Shown: positions 1 to 8,299 of the stretch, piece by piece
Layout: every line of letters begins with the position of its first letter
Numbering within the stretch: position 1 is the stretch's first letter
DNA from: PVC group bacterium
Lineage (GTDB): Bacteria; Auribacterota; Erginobacteria; Erginobacterales; PUNC01
Length of the DNA stretch: 58,423 bases
Direction: 5' to 3'
Assembly (NCBI GenBank): GCA_003551625.1
Contig: PUNC01000113.1
Coordinates: forward strand, 1-58,423
Program-made: the position numbers and the translations under genes
The notes under the pieces: generated by a model
Told to the model about the DNA's origin: nothing
What the model saw: the letters and a program-made list of their open reading frames with translations, nothing else
The model's database searches: none

Positions 1-1
1 C

Positions 2-1342
2 GAGGTGATCGCCGGGACGATCAACGGTTCGGGCTCCCTCCACGTCGAGGTCACCGGTACCGGCGACGAGACCAAGCTCTCGGGGATTATGCGGCTGGTC
101 TCCGAGGCGCAGGCCTCGAAGTCGCGCTCGCAGCACCTGGCCGACCGTGCCGCGCAGATCCTCACCGGCGTGGCCATTCTCGCCGCCGTCATCACGTTGA
201 TCGTTTGGCAACTCCTCGGCGCGCCGATCGACTTCTCGATCGTCCGCGTGGTGACAGTGCTCGTTATCGCCTGCCCGCACGCCCTCGGCCTGGCGGTGCC
301 TCTGGTGGTGGCGATCTCGACCACCCTCGGCGCCGGTAGCGGTCTGCTCGTGCGCGACCGCCGCGGTCTCGAGGAGGCGCGCAACCTTGAAACGGTCGTC
401 TTCGACAAGACCGGCACGCTCACCCTTGGGGAGCACCGGGTGGTGGGCCTGGCCGTGGCGGAGGGCGTCTCGGAGGAGGAAGCGCTTCGGATCGCCGCGG
501 GCGTCGAGGTTGAATCGGAGCACCCGATCGCCCGCGGCATCGTTCAGTCCGCGCGGGAACGGGGGATCGAGGTCCGGTCAGCCGAGGGCTTTCGCGCGCT
601 CCCCGGCCGAGGCGTCGCGGCGACCCTCGACGGTACCGAATACCGCGTGGGCGGCCCGGCGCTGCTCAAGACGGGAAACCCGCGCGTGCCGGACTATCTC
701 CGAAAGAAGGCCGAAGAAGCCGATCACCGCGGCCAGGCCGCCATCTACCTCCTCCGTAACCGCGAGGCGCTGGCCGTCTTCGCCGTGGCCGACGCCGTGC
801 GGCCCGAAAGCCGCCAGGCTGTCGACGCGCTCCACGCTCTCGGCATCGAGGTCGCCATGCTCACGGGGGACGCGCGAGCCGTGGCAGACGCCGTCGCCGC
901 CGAACTCGGTATCGATACCGTCTTTGCCGAGGTCCTGCCGGAGGACAAGGCCGCCAAGATCCAGGAGCTGCAGGCAGGGGGCAAACGCGTCGCTATGGTC
1001 GGCGATGGCGTCAACGACGCCCCCGCCCTCGCGACGGCCGAGATCGGCGTCGCCATCGGCGCCGGAACCGACGTGGCCGTCGAGGCCGGCCACATCGTGC
1101 TCGTTCGGTCCGATCCGCGCGACATCCCGCGGATCGTAACTCTGTCTCGCGCCACCTACCGGAAGATGCTCCAGAATCTCTGGTGGGCCGCCGGCTACAA
1201 CATCGCCGCCATCCCGCTGGCCGCCGGCGTCCTCGCCGCCTGGGGAATCCTCCTTACGCCGGCCCTCGGCGCGGCCCTTATGTCGGCCTCTACGGTAATC
1301 GTGGCGATCAACGCTCAACTCCTTAAGCGCGCGCGGCTATGA
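2..1342 (+). CDS. copB: Heavy-metal (copper) translocating P1B-type ATPase, CopB-like, 5' truncated by window
   Basis: CPH metal motif ([10 protein letters not shown]), DKTGTLT phosphorylation site, [18 protein letters not shown] and MSAST in last helices = P1B-3 signature. Confidence 0.9.
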   Translation, partial: EVIAGTINGSGSLHVEVTGTGDETKLSGIMRLVSEAQASKSRSQHLADRAAQILTGVAILAAVITLIVWQLLGAPIDFSIVRVVTVLVIACPHALGLAVPLVVAISTTLGAGSGLLVRDRRGLEEARNLETVVFDKTGTLTLGEHRVVGLAVAEGVSEEEALRIAAGVEVESEHPIARGIVQSARERGIEVRSAEGFRALPGRGVAATLDGTEYRVGGPALLKTGNPRVPDYLRKKAEEADHRGQAAIYLLRNREALAVFAVADAVRPESRQAVDALHALGIEVAMLTGDARAVADAVAAELGIDTVFAEVLPEDKAAKIQELQAGGKRVAMVGDGVNDAPALATAEIGVAIGAGTDVAVEAGHIVLVRSDPRDIPRIVTLSRATYRKMLQNLWWAAGYNIAAIPLAAGVLAAWGILLTPALGAALMSASTVIVAINAQLLKRARL

Positions 1343-1393
1343 AGGGAGTGCGCCTTCGTTTGAAGAAATTCGGCATAATGAATGAAAAAGCGG

Positions 1394-1425
1394 AATAAGT
1401 TAATAAGTAACCAACATCCCCTAAA
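1394..1425 (+). repeat. Repeat A copy 1 (AATAAGTTAATAAGTAACCAACATCCCCTAAA)
   Basis: Near-identical to 3347-3378, 4351-4382, 6314-6345. Confidence 0.9.
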
Positions 1426-1432
1426 AAGTAGC

Positions 1433-1460
1433 TTGCCTGGACCGGGATTTATCGTATTCT
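1433..1460 (+). promoter_or_regulatory. Putative sigma70 promoter for riboswitch/antiporter
   Basis: TTGCCT (1433-1438), 16-bp spacer, TATTCT (1455-1460), 7 nt before the riboswitch. Confidence 0.55.
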
Positions 1461-1467
1461 TTTCACC

Positions 1468-1520
1468 GGCGATGGGGTTCGCCCTGAACCGTCCCGCCGC
1501 GCGGGACTGATGACTCCTAC
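1468..1520 (+). ncRNA. Fluoride riboswitch (crcB motif)
   Basis: GGCGATGGGGTTCGCC...AACCG-TCCCGC/GCGGGA-CTGATGACTCCTAC matches the fluoride aptamer pattern GGCGAUGGnGUUCGCC...CURAUGACnCCUAC; located in the 5' UTR. Confidence 0.92.
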
Positions 1521-1582
1521 CGGTATTTTCCGCGCCGCCTTACCGAGCGGTTATTCAGCCAGAAGCCATTCCGGGAGGAGTT

Positions 1583-2830
1583 ATGGCCGTAAGCATCGCC
1601 GAGATCATCATCCTAAGCATTGTCGCTGACTGGGCCTTTCGCCAGATCCGCGTCCCCGGCCTGATCGGCATCCTCCTGGTCGGGATCCTTCTGGGGCCGC
1701 AGGTCCTCGGCCAGATCAGCCCCGACCTGCTGGCTATCGGCTCCGATCTGCGGATGATCGCCCTGATCGTCATCCTCCTGCGGGCCGGATTCGAGCTGAG
1801 CCGGAAGACCCTCCGCCGGGTAGGGGGGAAGTCCCTTCTCCTCGCCTTCGTCCCGGCCACCTGCGAGGGACTGGCGATCACCCTGATCGGACCCGCCCTG
1901 CTCGGCCTGACGTTTCTGGAGTCGGCGGTCCTCGGTTCGGTCCTGGCCGCCGTCTCTCCGGCGGTGGTGGTCCCCCGGATGATCGGCTTCATCAAGGAAC
2001 GAAGGGGGGCGAAGAAGGCCATCCCCTCGATGGTGCTGGCCGCCGCCTCGGTGGACGACGTTTACGTGATCGTGGTCCATACCGTCCTGGTCGGGCTCTA
2101 CGTTGGGAGGCGGATGAACCTGGCCTGGGAGATAACCGCCGTTCCCCTCTCCCTGGTTCTGGGCGCGGCGGCCGGGCTGGGGGTCGGCTGGCTACTCTAC
2201 CGGATCTTCGAGCGCTCGGATCTCTGGGCGACCAAGCAGGTGCTGATCGTAATCGCCTGCGCCATCTTTCTAGTCCGGCTCCAGTATTACCTGGCCGGGG
2301 TAGTTCCCTTCGCCGGCCTGGTGGCGGCGATGGCGATCGGTTTCGTCATCCTGGAACGGAGGGAGCGGATCGCCCACGCCATCTCCGCCCGGTTGGCCCG
2401 GGTTTGGATCTTCGCCGAGATTATCCTCTTCTCGATGGTCGGGGCCCAGGTGAACGTCGCGGTGGCCTGGCGGGCGGGGCTGGCGGGGATCGCCGTGATC
2501 CTGGTCGGCGTGGCCGCCCGCTCGTCCGGGGTGCTGGTCTGCCTGGCCGGGAGCGATCTGACGCGAAAGGAGCGGATATTCACGGCGGTGGCCTTTACGC
2601 CCAAGGCCACCGTCCAGGCGGCGATCGGGGCGAGCCCGCTGCTGGCGATGCGGGCGGCCGGGATGACGACCGGACCGGGGGAGGTCATCCTGGCCGTGGC
2701 GGTCCTGAGCATCCTCCTGACCGCTCCGGCCGGTTCCTGGGCGATCTCCGCCCTCGGCCGCCGCTGGCTTGCGGTGGAGCCGGAAGCCGGGGAGAACGCC
2801 TACCGGGCGGCGGTCGAAAGTTCGGGTTGA
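1583..2830 (+). CDS. Cation:proton antiporter (Na+/H+ exchanger family, NHA/SLC9B-like)
   Basis: ~12 hydrophobic segments; AVSPAVVVP, ASVDDV and PKATVQAAIG motifs; GGAGGAG RBS. Confidence 0.88.
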   Translation: MAVSIAEIIILSIVADWAFRQIRVPGLIGILLVGILLGPQVLGQISPDLLAIGSDLRMIALIVILLRAGFELSRKTLRRVGGKSLLLAFVPATCEGLAITLIGPALLGLTFLESAVLGSVLAAVSPAVVVPRMIGFIKERRGAKKAIPSMVLAAASVDDVYVIVVHTVLVGLYVGRRMNLAWEITAVPLSLVLGAAAGLGVGWLLYRIFERSDLWATKQVLIVIACAIFLVRLQYYLAGVVPFAGLVAAMAIGFVILERRERIAHAISARLARVWIFAEIILFSMVGAQVNVAVAWRAGLAGIAVILVGVAARSSGVLVCLAGSDLTRKERIFTAVAFTPKATVQAAIGASPLLAMRAAGMTTGPGEVILAVAVLSILLTAPAGSWAISALGRRWLAVEPEAGENAYRAAVESSG

Positions 2831-2852
2831 TATACAGAGACAAATCTTTCCA

Positions 2853-2888
2853 GGGTCACACCCCAAATAACAAGTTGGGGTGTGACCC
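2853..2888. repeat. Perfect 14-bp inverted repeat GGGTCACACCCCAA/TTGGGGTGTGACCC, 8-nt loop
   Basis: Read directly. Confidence 0.9.
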
Positions 2889-2996
2889 GGTTCTCAGTTC
2901 GGATCTCGAATTGGGTAAATGTCGGTGAATACTAAGAAAACGCCTGCTCAAAAAAATTGACCGGGAGGCCGGATTTCCAGAGGGGTAGGGGAAGGG

Positions 2997-3032
2997 AAGG
3001 GGCCGTCAAGCAGCGCCTGACGGCCCCTTTAA
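2997..3032 (+). terminator. Hairpin AAGGGGCCGTCA/TGACGGCCCCTT, possible intrinsic terminator
   Basis: 12-bp perfect arms followed by an AT-rich tail. Confidence 0.5.
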
Positions 3033-3346
3033 TATTTGTCGGAACATCGAGAAATAAGCTTGACTTTATCCGCCCGCAGCCGAAAACTTGAAAAAACCGG
3101 CGGCTGAACTGAAAGGTTTATGTCAAAGCGAACAATAATCTTTTTCAATAACGACCACCGTCCTCCCCCGAACGGACGGCATCGGCACATTCAAGGAACC
3201 TTCTCCACCCGCGCGAGATGAACTCCCCCGGGTTTTTTGGGGACCGGGTGAAAACGAGAGGATTCTCCTGGGATTCCCTTAAAACGATATCACAATCTGT
3301 GACATCCTCTTCCGGCCTGAAGTATTCTAAGTAGCAGGGGAGGAGG

Positions 3347-3378
3347 AATAAGTTAAAAAGCAAACAACGTCCCCTAAA
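3347..3378 (+). repeat. Repeat A copy 2
   Basis: AATAAGTTAAAAAGCAAACAACGTCCCCTAAA, identical to 4351-4382. Confidence 0.92.
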
Positions 3379-3505
3379 GTATGAAAAGTCCAGAAAGGGA
3401 TAAGGAGGGTGGCGAGCCTCTTCCTTGGTGGTCGTTTACTCAAGAAAGAAAGAAGCGGGAAGCTCGGCATAGGATGTGAAGTAGAACTAAATAAGGAGGA
3501 CTCGA

Positions 3506-3739
3506 ATGATGAGAGGAATAGGGGCGATTGAAATTGGGATCATTCTTGTCGTTATCCCTCTGGCGATCCTGTTGACGGTCCTGCCGTTCTGGAAAATTTG
3601 TAAGAAAGCGGGATTCCCGGGAGCGATATCGTTATTTATGCTTATTCCGATAGCCAACATTATCCTGCCGTTCTATCTCGCATTTGCGGAATGGCCGGTG
3701 CTGAAGCAGAAAGAACGAAAGGAAGAGATGCCGGCCTGA
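3506..3739 (+). CDS. Small membrane protein, hypothetical
   Basis: AAGGAGG RBS; two hydrophobic segments; PFWKICKKAGFPG...LIPIAN pattern. Confidence 0.8.
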   Translation: MMRGIGAIEIGIILVVIPLAILLTVLPFWKICKKAGFPGAISLFMLIPIANIILPFYLAFAEWPVLKQKERKEEMPA

Positions 3740-3878
3740 CTGGTTAAGTTGACTTTCGGAATGAGTGCCCTGAACATCAAAGAAGTCGGGCAATCACGCG
3801 GTAGAACCGTGAGAAAGCCGTGATAGACCGGATAGCCGAAAAGATACTTCTGGGCGGTATCGAGGGCTTCGTTTATTG

Positions 3879-3910
3879 ACCCGGGCGGGTTCAACCCGCC
3901 CGGGTTTTAT
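3879..3910 (+). terminator. 27-bp palindrome ACCCGGGCGGGTT-C-AACCCGCCCGGGT with T-rich tail
   Basis: Perfect 13-bp arms followed by TTTAT. Confidence 0.6.
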
Positions 3911-3955
3911 ATTTGCTCCGATGAAAGTTATGCTGCTCAATGGCTAGGAGGTCAG

Positions 3956-4342
3956 ATGAAAACGAACGTTAAAATAGCCTTAGACGCTACAGTCTGGTTT
4001 TTGTGCCTCTTCATAGCCGTCATTCTCAGACCGAGTATTTACAATTCGGAAACAGCTATTTCGTTTTCTATGGTGAGCGGAGCCCTGATGGTTGGATTTA
4101 TCTGGATTTTGCTCCGAGCGATTATTCACGACATAGCTAAAACATATCCGTATAAGTGGCTTTACGCGTTGCTGTCTATTGTAATCGTACCCATTGCCGC
4201 TATTCTTGGAATGCTCCCGTTTTTCATTCTTAGATCCCTACGAACCCCCAGGCTCATAACGGCTCTTCCTCTTTTATCAGCGGGTCTTATCTGGGGGATT
4301 GTTTCGTCTTTAATTTTCCCCATTGCTCGGCACGATGAATGA
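3956..4342 (+). CDS. Hypothetical 4-TM membrane protein
   Basis: AGGAGG RBS, hydrophobic, AT-rich. Confidence 0.75.
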   Translation: MKTNVKIALDATVWFLCLFIAVILRPSIYNSETAISFSMVSGALMVGFIWILLRAIIHDIAKTYPYKWLYALLSIVIVPIAAILGMLPFFILRSLRTPRLITALPLLSAGLIWGIVSSLIFPIARHDE

Positions 4343-4350
4343 AGAAGCGG

Positions 4351-4382
4351 AATAAGTTAAAAAGCAAACAACGTCCCCTAAA
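4351..4382 (+). repeat. Repeat A copy 3
   Basis: Identical to copy 2; starts 8 nt after the stop of 3956..4342. Confidence 0.92.
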
Positions 4383-4395
4383 TGGCCCGGTGGCT

Positions 4396-4428
4396 GGGCG
4401 TAAAGTCAAGAGTAAAGATTTGACCCCA
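4396..4428 (+). repeat. Repeat B copy 1 (GGGCGTAAAGTCAAGAGTAAAGATTTGACCCCA)
   Basis: 31/33 identical to 6367-6399. Confidence 0.92.
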
Positions 4429-4435
4429 ATAGGTT

Positions 4436-4882
4436 ATGGATACAAAGAGAGTCAATGAAATCAAGACCCACCTGGGGAAAAAAGAATCTCGGGAACTGCT
4501 TAAAATCTACAAAGAGAATAACAGGGACGAATACGTCGATGAAGCATTTGAGGCCGTCAGACAGTTGCTCGTAGAACGGAAACTGAGTATTCCGCGCCAA
4601 TCACCCTTTCCCCGTCCTACAAAACCCGAGCCGATAGCGAAGGCCGAGTATGTCGATCTTGTCACCGTATATCGAACCGGCAACCAGGCAGTCTTAACCG
4701 TAGCCAAATCATTGCTGGAGGAAGCCGGGATTCGATACCTGGCCAAAGGAGAAGGCTTGCAGGACATCATAGGCGGCGGGCGATTCGGGGCCGGCTTCAA
4801 TCTTGTCGCCGGCCCGGTAGAACTTCAAGTGCCCCGGGAATGCGCCGCGGAGGCCGGGAAGATTCTTTCAAAATTGCAATAA
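4436..4882 (+). CDS. DUF2007-like domain protein (putative signal-transducing)
   Basis: C-terminal LVTVY...AKSLLEEAGI...VELQVP...AxKIL pattern. Confidence 0.7.
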   Translation: MDTKRVNEIKTHLGKKESRELLKIYKENNRDEYVDEAFEAVRQLLVERKLSIPRQSPFPRPTKPEPIAKAEYVDLVTVYRTGNQAVLTVAKSLLEEAGIRYLAKGEGLQDIIGGGRFGAGFNLVAGPVELQVPRECAAEAGKILSKLQ

Positions 4883-4942
4883 ATATTCCTTGAAGAACGA
4901 ATTTAATTTTACGAATAGTTCGGCTTGAAAAGAGATTGAGGT

Positions 4943-5581
4943 ATGGGCGTATCCATACACTATCGAGGTCGAATCGACAGCGCGGCGCTGCTCCCGTCCC
5001 TTCGTGAGGAAGTCGCCGATATCGCCCACTCAATGGGTTGGCCCTCGACAACTCTGGACGATGACTGGTCAATTTCTCCCGACGCGAATCTGGCCACTGA
5101 CGGCAGGATTCAAGGCCACCTTGGACTCAAGGGTATCCAGATCACTCCGCATCCAGACTCGGAACCCCTCGTTCTGTTTTTCGACCGTGACGGATATATT
5201 CGATCTCCCGTAACTATGGCGCTGATCCTTGACGGCACCCTGCAGCCGAAGACGGCTTGGGTTTCGATGAAAACCCAGTTCGCCGCCCCCGATACCCACG
5301 TGTGGGTTATCGGCCTCCTCAAGTATCTGAAGAAACGCTACATCTCCAATCTTGAAGTGTCGGACGAGAGCGGATACTGGGATACCGGCGACAGGCGGAA
5401 ATTGGAGGAGAGTATGGCCTTTCTCAACAGCAAGCTTAATCAACTCTCTGCCAAAATCTCGTCTGGTCGCATAGGTGACCTGACGGGACTGACGGCGGAT
5501 CAGATCGCGTCACGGCTCGAGCATTTGTTCCTGAACGATGAGGAGCTAGGCGTCGAAAAACGCCCTGAACGCGACAAGTGA
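4943..5581 (+). CDS. Hypothetical protein
   Basis: 212 aa, GAGG RBS, MGVSIHYRG start, KTQFA and VSDESGYW motifs. Confidence 0.8.
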   Translation: MGVSIHYRGRIDSAALLPSLREEVADIAHSMGWPSTTLDDDWSISPDANLATDGRIQGHLGLKGIQITPHPDSEPLVLFFDRDGYIRSPVTMALILDGTLQPKTAWVSMKTQFAAPDTHVWVIGLLKYLKKRYISNLEVSDESGYWDTGDRRKLEESMAFLNSKLNQLSAKISSGRIGDLTGLTADQIASRLEHLFLNDEELGVEKRPERDK

Positions 5582-5620
5582 AAGCCGCGACGGAGCGCTG
5601 CTTCTCCTTGCGCGTTAGGT
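5564..5620 (+). other. attC-like imperfect hairpin
   Basis: CCTGAAC...GTTAGGT; AACGCG[A]CAAG[T]GAAAGC pairs with GCTTCTCCTTGCGCGTT; right end fits GTTRRRY. Confidence 0.5.
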
Positions 5621-5706
5621 GAAGCGGCAGCCCAGAAAGGATAATAAGCGAATGGCGGTGGCTTTGTTCCCTTGCGCATACACCGTTTGCCGGAAAAAAG
5701 AAGGGG

Positions 5707-5737
5707 AGTAACTTAACAACTTAACTCCGTCCCTAAC
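5707..5737 (+). repeat. Degenerate repeat A copy
   Basis: AGTAACTTAACAACTTAACTCCGTCCCTAAC aligns to repeat A with several substitutions. Confidence 0.65.
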
Positions 5738-5757
5738 GCTTTCCGGAGGTCGGAATT

Positions 5758-6318
5758 ATGCCTAAAACGGTAATACCGGCAGAGCGGATTCAGCGGATAA
5801 TCTATCTGGTTCGCGGCCAAAAGGTAATATTGGATCGGGATCTGGCGGGTTTGTATGGGGTTCCCACCAAGGCCTTAAAGCAGGCGGTTCGCCGGAACCC
5901 AAAACGCTTTCCTAAAGATTTTATGTTTGTGCTTAAACAGCAGGAATTTAAGAACTTGAGGTCACAATTTGTGACCTCAAGTTCTTGGGGCGGGAGCCGT
6001 TATCTGCCTATGGTATTTACCGAATAGGGCGTGGCAATGCTCTCCAGCGTTCTGAATAGTCCCCGAGCCATCCAGGTCAACATCGCGATAATGCGGACCT
6101 TCGTTCAGCTGCGTAAGCTTATGGCCACCCACGCCGGACTGGCTCAAAAGCTGGAAGAATTAGAGAAGAAATACGACGCCCAGTTTCAGATTGTCTTTGA
6201 AGCGATAAGGCGGCTTATAGTTGAGCCGGAACCGAAGCTTCCCCGCCGCAGGATCGGCTTCCACGTAAAGGAGAAGCGGGGGAAATACGGCCGCCGCGTC
6301 GCAGGAAGGGCGAAATAA
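5758..6318 (+). pseudogene. ORF6N/KilA-N-type DNA-binding protein interrupted by in-frame TAG at 6025-6027
   Basis: RGQKVILDRDLAGLYGV...RNPKRFPKDFMF...[14 protein letters not shown]; the family reads FTEQGVAM, so CAG>TAG is likely. Confidence 0.85.
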
Positions 6319-6345
6319 GTTAACAAGTAAACAACGTCCCCTAAA
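6314..6345 (+). repeat. Repeat A copy 4
   Basis: AATAAGTTAACAAGTAAACAACGTCCCCTAAA; supplies the TAA stop of the ORF6N gene. Confidence 0.92.
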
Positions 6346-6366
6346 GCTTGAGGCTCTGAACCGTCC

Positions 6367-6399
6367 GGGCGAAAAGTCAAGAGTAAAGACTTGACCCCA
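6367..6399 (+). repeat. Repeat B copy 2
   Basis: GGGCGAAAAGTCAAGAGTAAAGACTTGACCCCA. Confidence 0.92.
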
Positions 6400-6421
6400 T
6401 ATTACGATGGAGGAGGCAACA

Positions 6422-6829
6422 ATGGACAACAGCCAAGGTAAGCTCAAATCGTGGGGTTTATTCTTTGCCGGCCTGGGCATTCTTTTGATTGGCATCGCAG
6501 TTCTCATTAACGTATTGAAGCATCCTTCACGTCTCAAATTCGCGGATTTATTCGGACCACCCGGAACTGAAACAATAACCAGGACTGTGCGTTCATTTGA
6601 TTCTGCCCCTCCAAGTACGATTTCGCCTTTTCAGAAGATAATAACCGACGAAGAATTTAATGAATATTATGAGTCGCTTAAGGAAGCTTTATCTGAATGG
6701 GATTTCAAAGAAATTATCCTAGAAAAGATTGAAAGCGAGGAATTCAAAGAGAAATTGAGGCGAAAAATCGAAGAGTTGCCGGCTATAATGGAAATTAAGG
6801 CAACCAGAGTCGAGGAGATATACCAATGA
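6422..6829 (+). CDS. Hypothetical protein with N-terminal membrane anchor
   Basis: GGAGGAGG RBS before ATG 6422; one TM segment then a charged helical region. Confidence 0.7.
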   Translation: MDNSQGKLKSWGLFFAGLGILLIGIAVLINVLKHPSRLKFADLFGPPGTETITRTVRSFDSAPPSTISPFQKIITDEEFNEYYESLKEALSEWDFKEIILEKIESEEFKEKLRRKIEELPAIMEIKATRVEEIYQ

Positions 6830-6888
6830 GTCGCTTCAGCGGTTTGAGACCGCCTTTCGGCTTTAGCGGGTGTACCGGCGGTTAGAAA

Positions 6889-7251
6889 ATGAAAGAGAAG
6901 ATAATTAGATACATAATAGCCGGAATAATCTCGGGTATTTTCTTCTATCTTGCCTTTTGGACGGGTCAAATTCTGGTTTGCGTATGGGGGGTTATTTTCT
7001 TTCGTTTGATTATGAATCCGCAGATTCTTAAGGAAAATGTCGGTGTGCCCCGCCTGCCGGCTAAAGATATTCTATCTCTCACAGCATTTTTTCTCGTCAT
7101 TGCTGCTTTTGTAGTCTTCATACTCAAAATCAGAAATGTTGAGGCTTTCAAAATCGCATCTTCAAACTGGATAGTTCTTTTCTTGCTGTGGTTAGCCCTA
7201 ATGGTTGGCAACTTGAGGGCATTTAACCCTGAAGAAAGCGATTTAGCCTAA
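6889..7251 (+). CDS. Hypothetical membrane protein
   Basis: AT-rich ORF with ~4 hydrophobic segments. Confidence 0.7.
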   Translation: MKEKIIRYIIAGIISGIFFYLAFWTGQILVCVWGVIFFRLIMNPQILKENVGVPRLPAKDILSLTAFFLVIAAFVVFILKIRNVEAFKIASSNWIVLFLLWLALMVGNLRAFNPEESDLA

Positions 7252-7289
7252 CGAATCATCGCTTGTGATATGCCTAACGGAGCAAAGGG

Positions 7290-7766
7290 ATGATATATAT
7301 CGCCGGAATAATTCTCATTATTATCGGGTTTGTCTGGCCGTTCCTAACCGGCTGGAGTTTAACTTTAATTGTATTTCCGCTCGGTATTTTAGCCTTGTTG
7401 AGTCCCGGCAGATATATTCCAAAAACAGCAAATTGGAATAAATGGGCGCGGGCGGGATTACTTGGTTATTTATTGGTTGTGTTAATCCACTGGATCATTT
7501 CTTACTTGGCAGTCGCATCGCCCGTTTTCTGTAACACCTGGGGCGGTTGTTATCTTGCTATAGTATTTAGCTGGATCTCCGCGCCTGTTGATTTGCTGTT
7601 GTCTCGTATCTCTCCACTTGAAACCATTCAGCTTCCTGATGGAGGATGGCAAATTAGAATCAGTTATATTCGAGCCACGACATCCAATTTTATGAGTATT
7701 ATCGTTTACCTGCTCGCTGGAATTCTGATCGGAAAATGGCTTCAGGTACGGAGGAGTAAGTGTTGA
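7290..7766 (+). CDS. Hypothetical membrane protein
   Basis: AT-rich, multiple hydrophobic segments. Confidence 0.7.
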   Translation: MIYIAGIILIIIGFVWPFLTGWSLTLIVFPLGILALLSPGRYIPKTANWNKWARAGLLGYLLVVLIHWIISYLAVASPVFCNTWGGCYLAIVFSWISAPVDLLLSRISPLETIQLPDGGWQIRISYIRATTSNFMSIIVYLLAGILIGKWLQVRRSKC

Positions 7767-7859
7767 CCTCAGGCTGCTCAAATAATCAGTTCCCCCTCAA
7801 ATTCCCTTGAAAAACAGAAGTTAACCTGACCACCAGCGCTAAATTAAAGAGAATTATAA

Positions 7860-8273
7860 ATGAGAAAATGTCCAGCTTGTGGCGAATGGAATTCCGATGA
7901 TTCAACCACCTGCAAATCGTGCGCCACTCCGCTATCGGTTAACACGACTGAATCCCCCAAGCAACCTTTGACAAAACGGGCTCTGTTTATAGTCGGCTTA
8001 AGGCTGATTGGCATTTATCTGATGATATTTGGTTTCCTTGGTGCCCTGCATAAAATGGGTACCAATTATGTAATGCTACGGCTTGTTGCTCGGACTATAA
8101 ATCTTGGATTAGATGAATTTGCGGGAGCTTTTATAGAGAGCATGCAATATTTAAGCATAACCACTGGGGTAATCTGGGATCTGATACGAATTGTTGTAGG
8201 TCTTTATTTATGCAGAGGAGGGAAACTTATTATTAAATTTGTTGGGATGAAAGACGAAGTTCCTATCGGATAA
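7860..8273 (+). CDS. Zinc-ribbon membrane protein
   Basis: CPACG...CKSCA at the N-terminus, then two TM segments. Confidence 0.75.
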   Translation: MRKCPACGEWNSDDSTTCKSCATPLSVNTTESPKQPLTKRALFIVGLRLIGIYLMIFGFLGALHKMGTNYVMLRLVARTINLGLDEFAGAFIESMQYLSITTGVIWDLIRIVVGLYLCRGGKLIIKFVGMKDEVPIG

Positions 8274-8299
8274 TAATCCAAAAGCCGGAAGACAGAGGG

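Noticed and set aside
3120-3363. Possible gene or fragment before repeat A copy 2
   Set aside because: Only short or interrupted frames with no RBS or motif; may be a decayed cassette, but this cannot be supported.
6025-6027. Genome-wide TAG recoding
   Set aside because: TAG ends several full-length genes normally (17380, 36382, 44785, 45410).
1394-6345. Repeat A as a CRISPR repeat
   Set aside because: The length is CRISPR-like, but copies are 0.6-2 kb apart with whole genes between them, and there are no cas genes.
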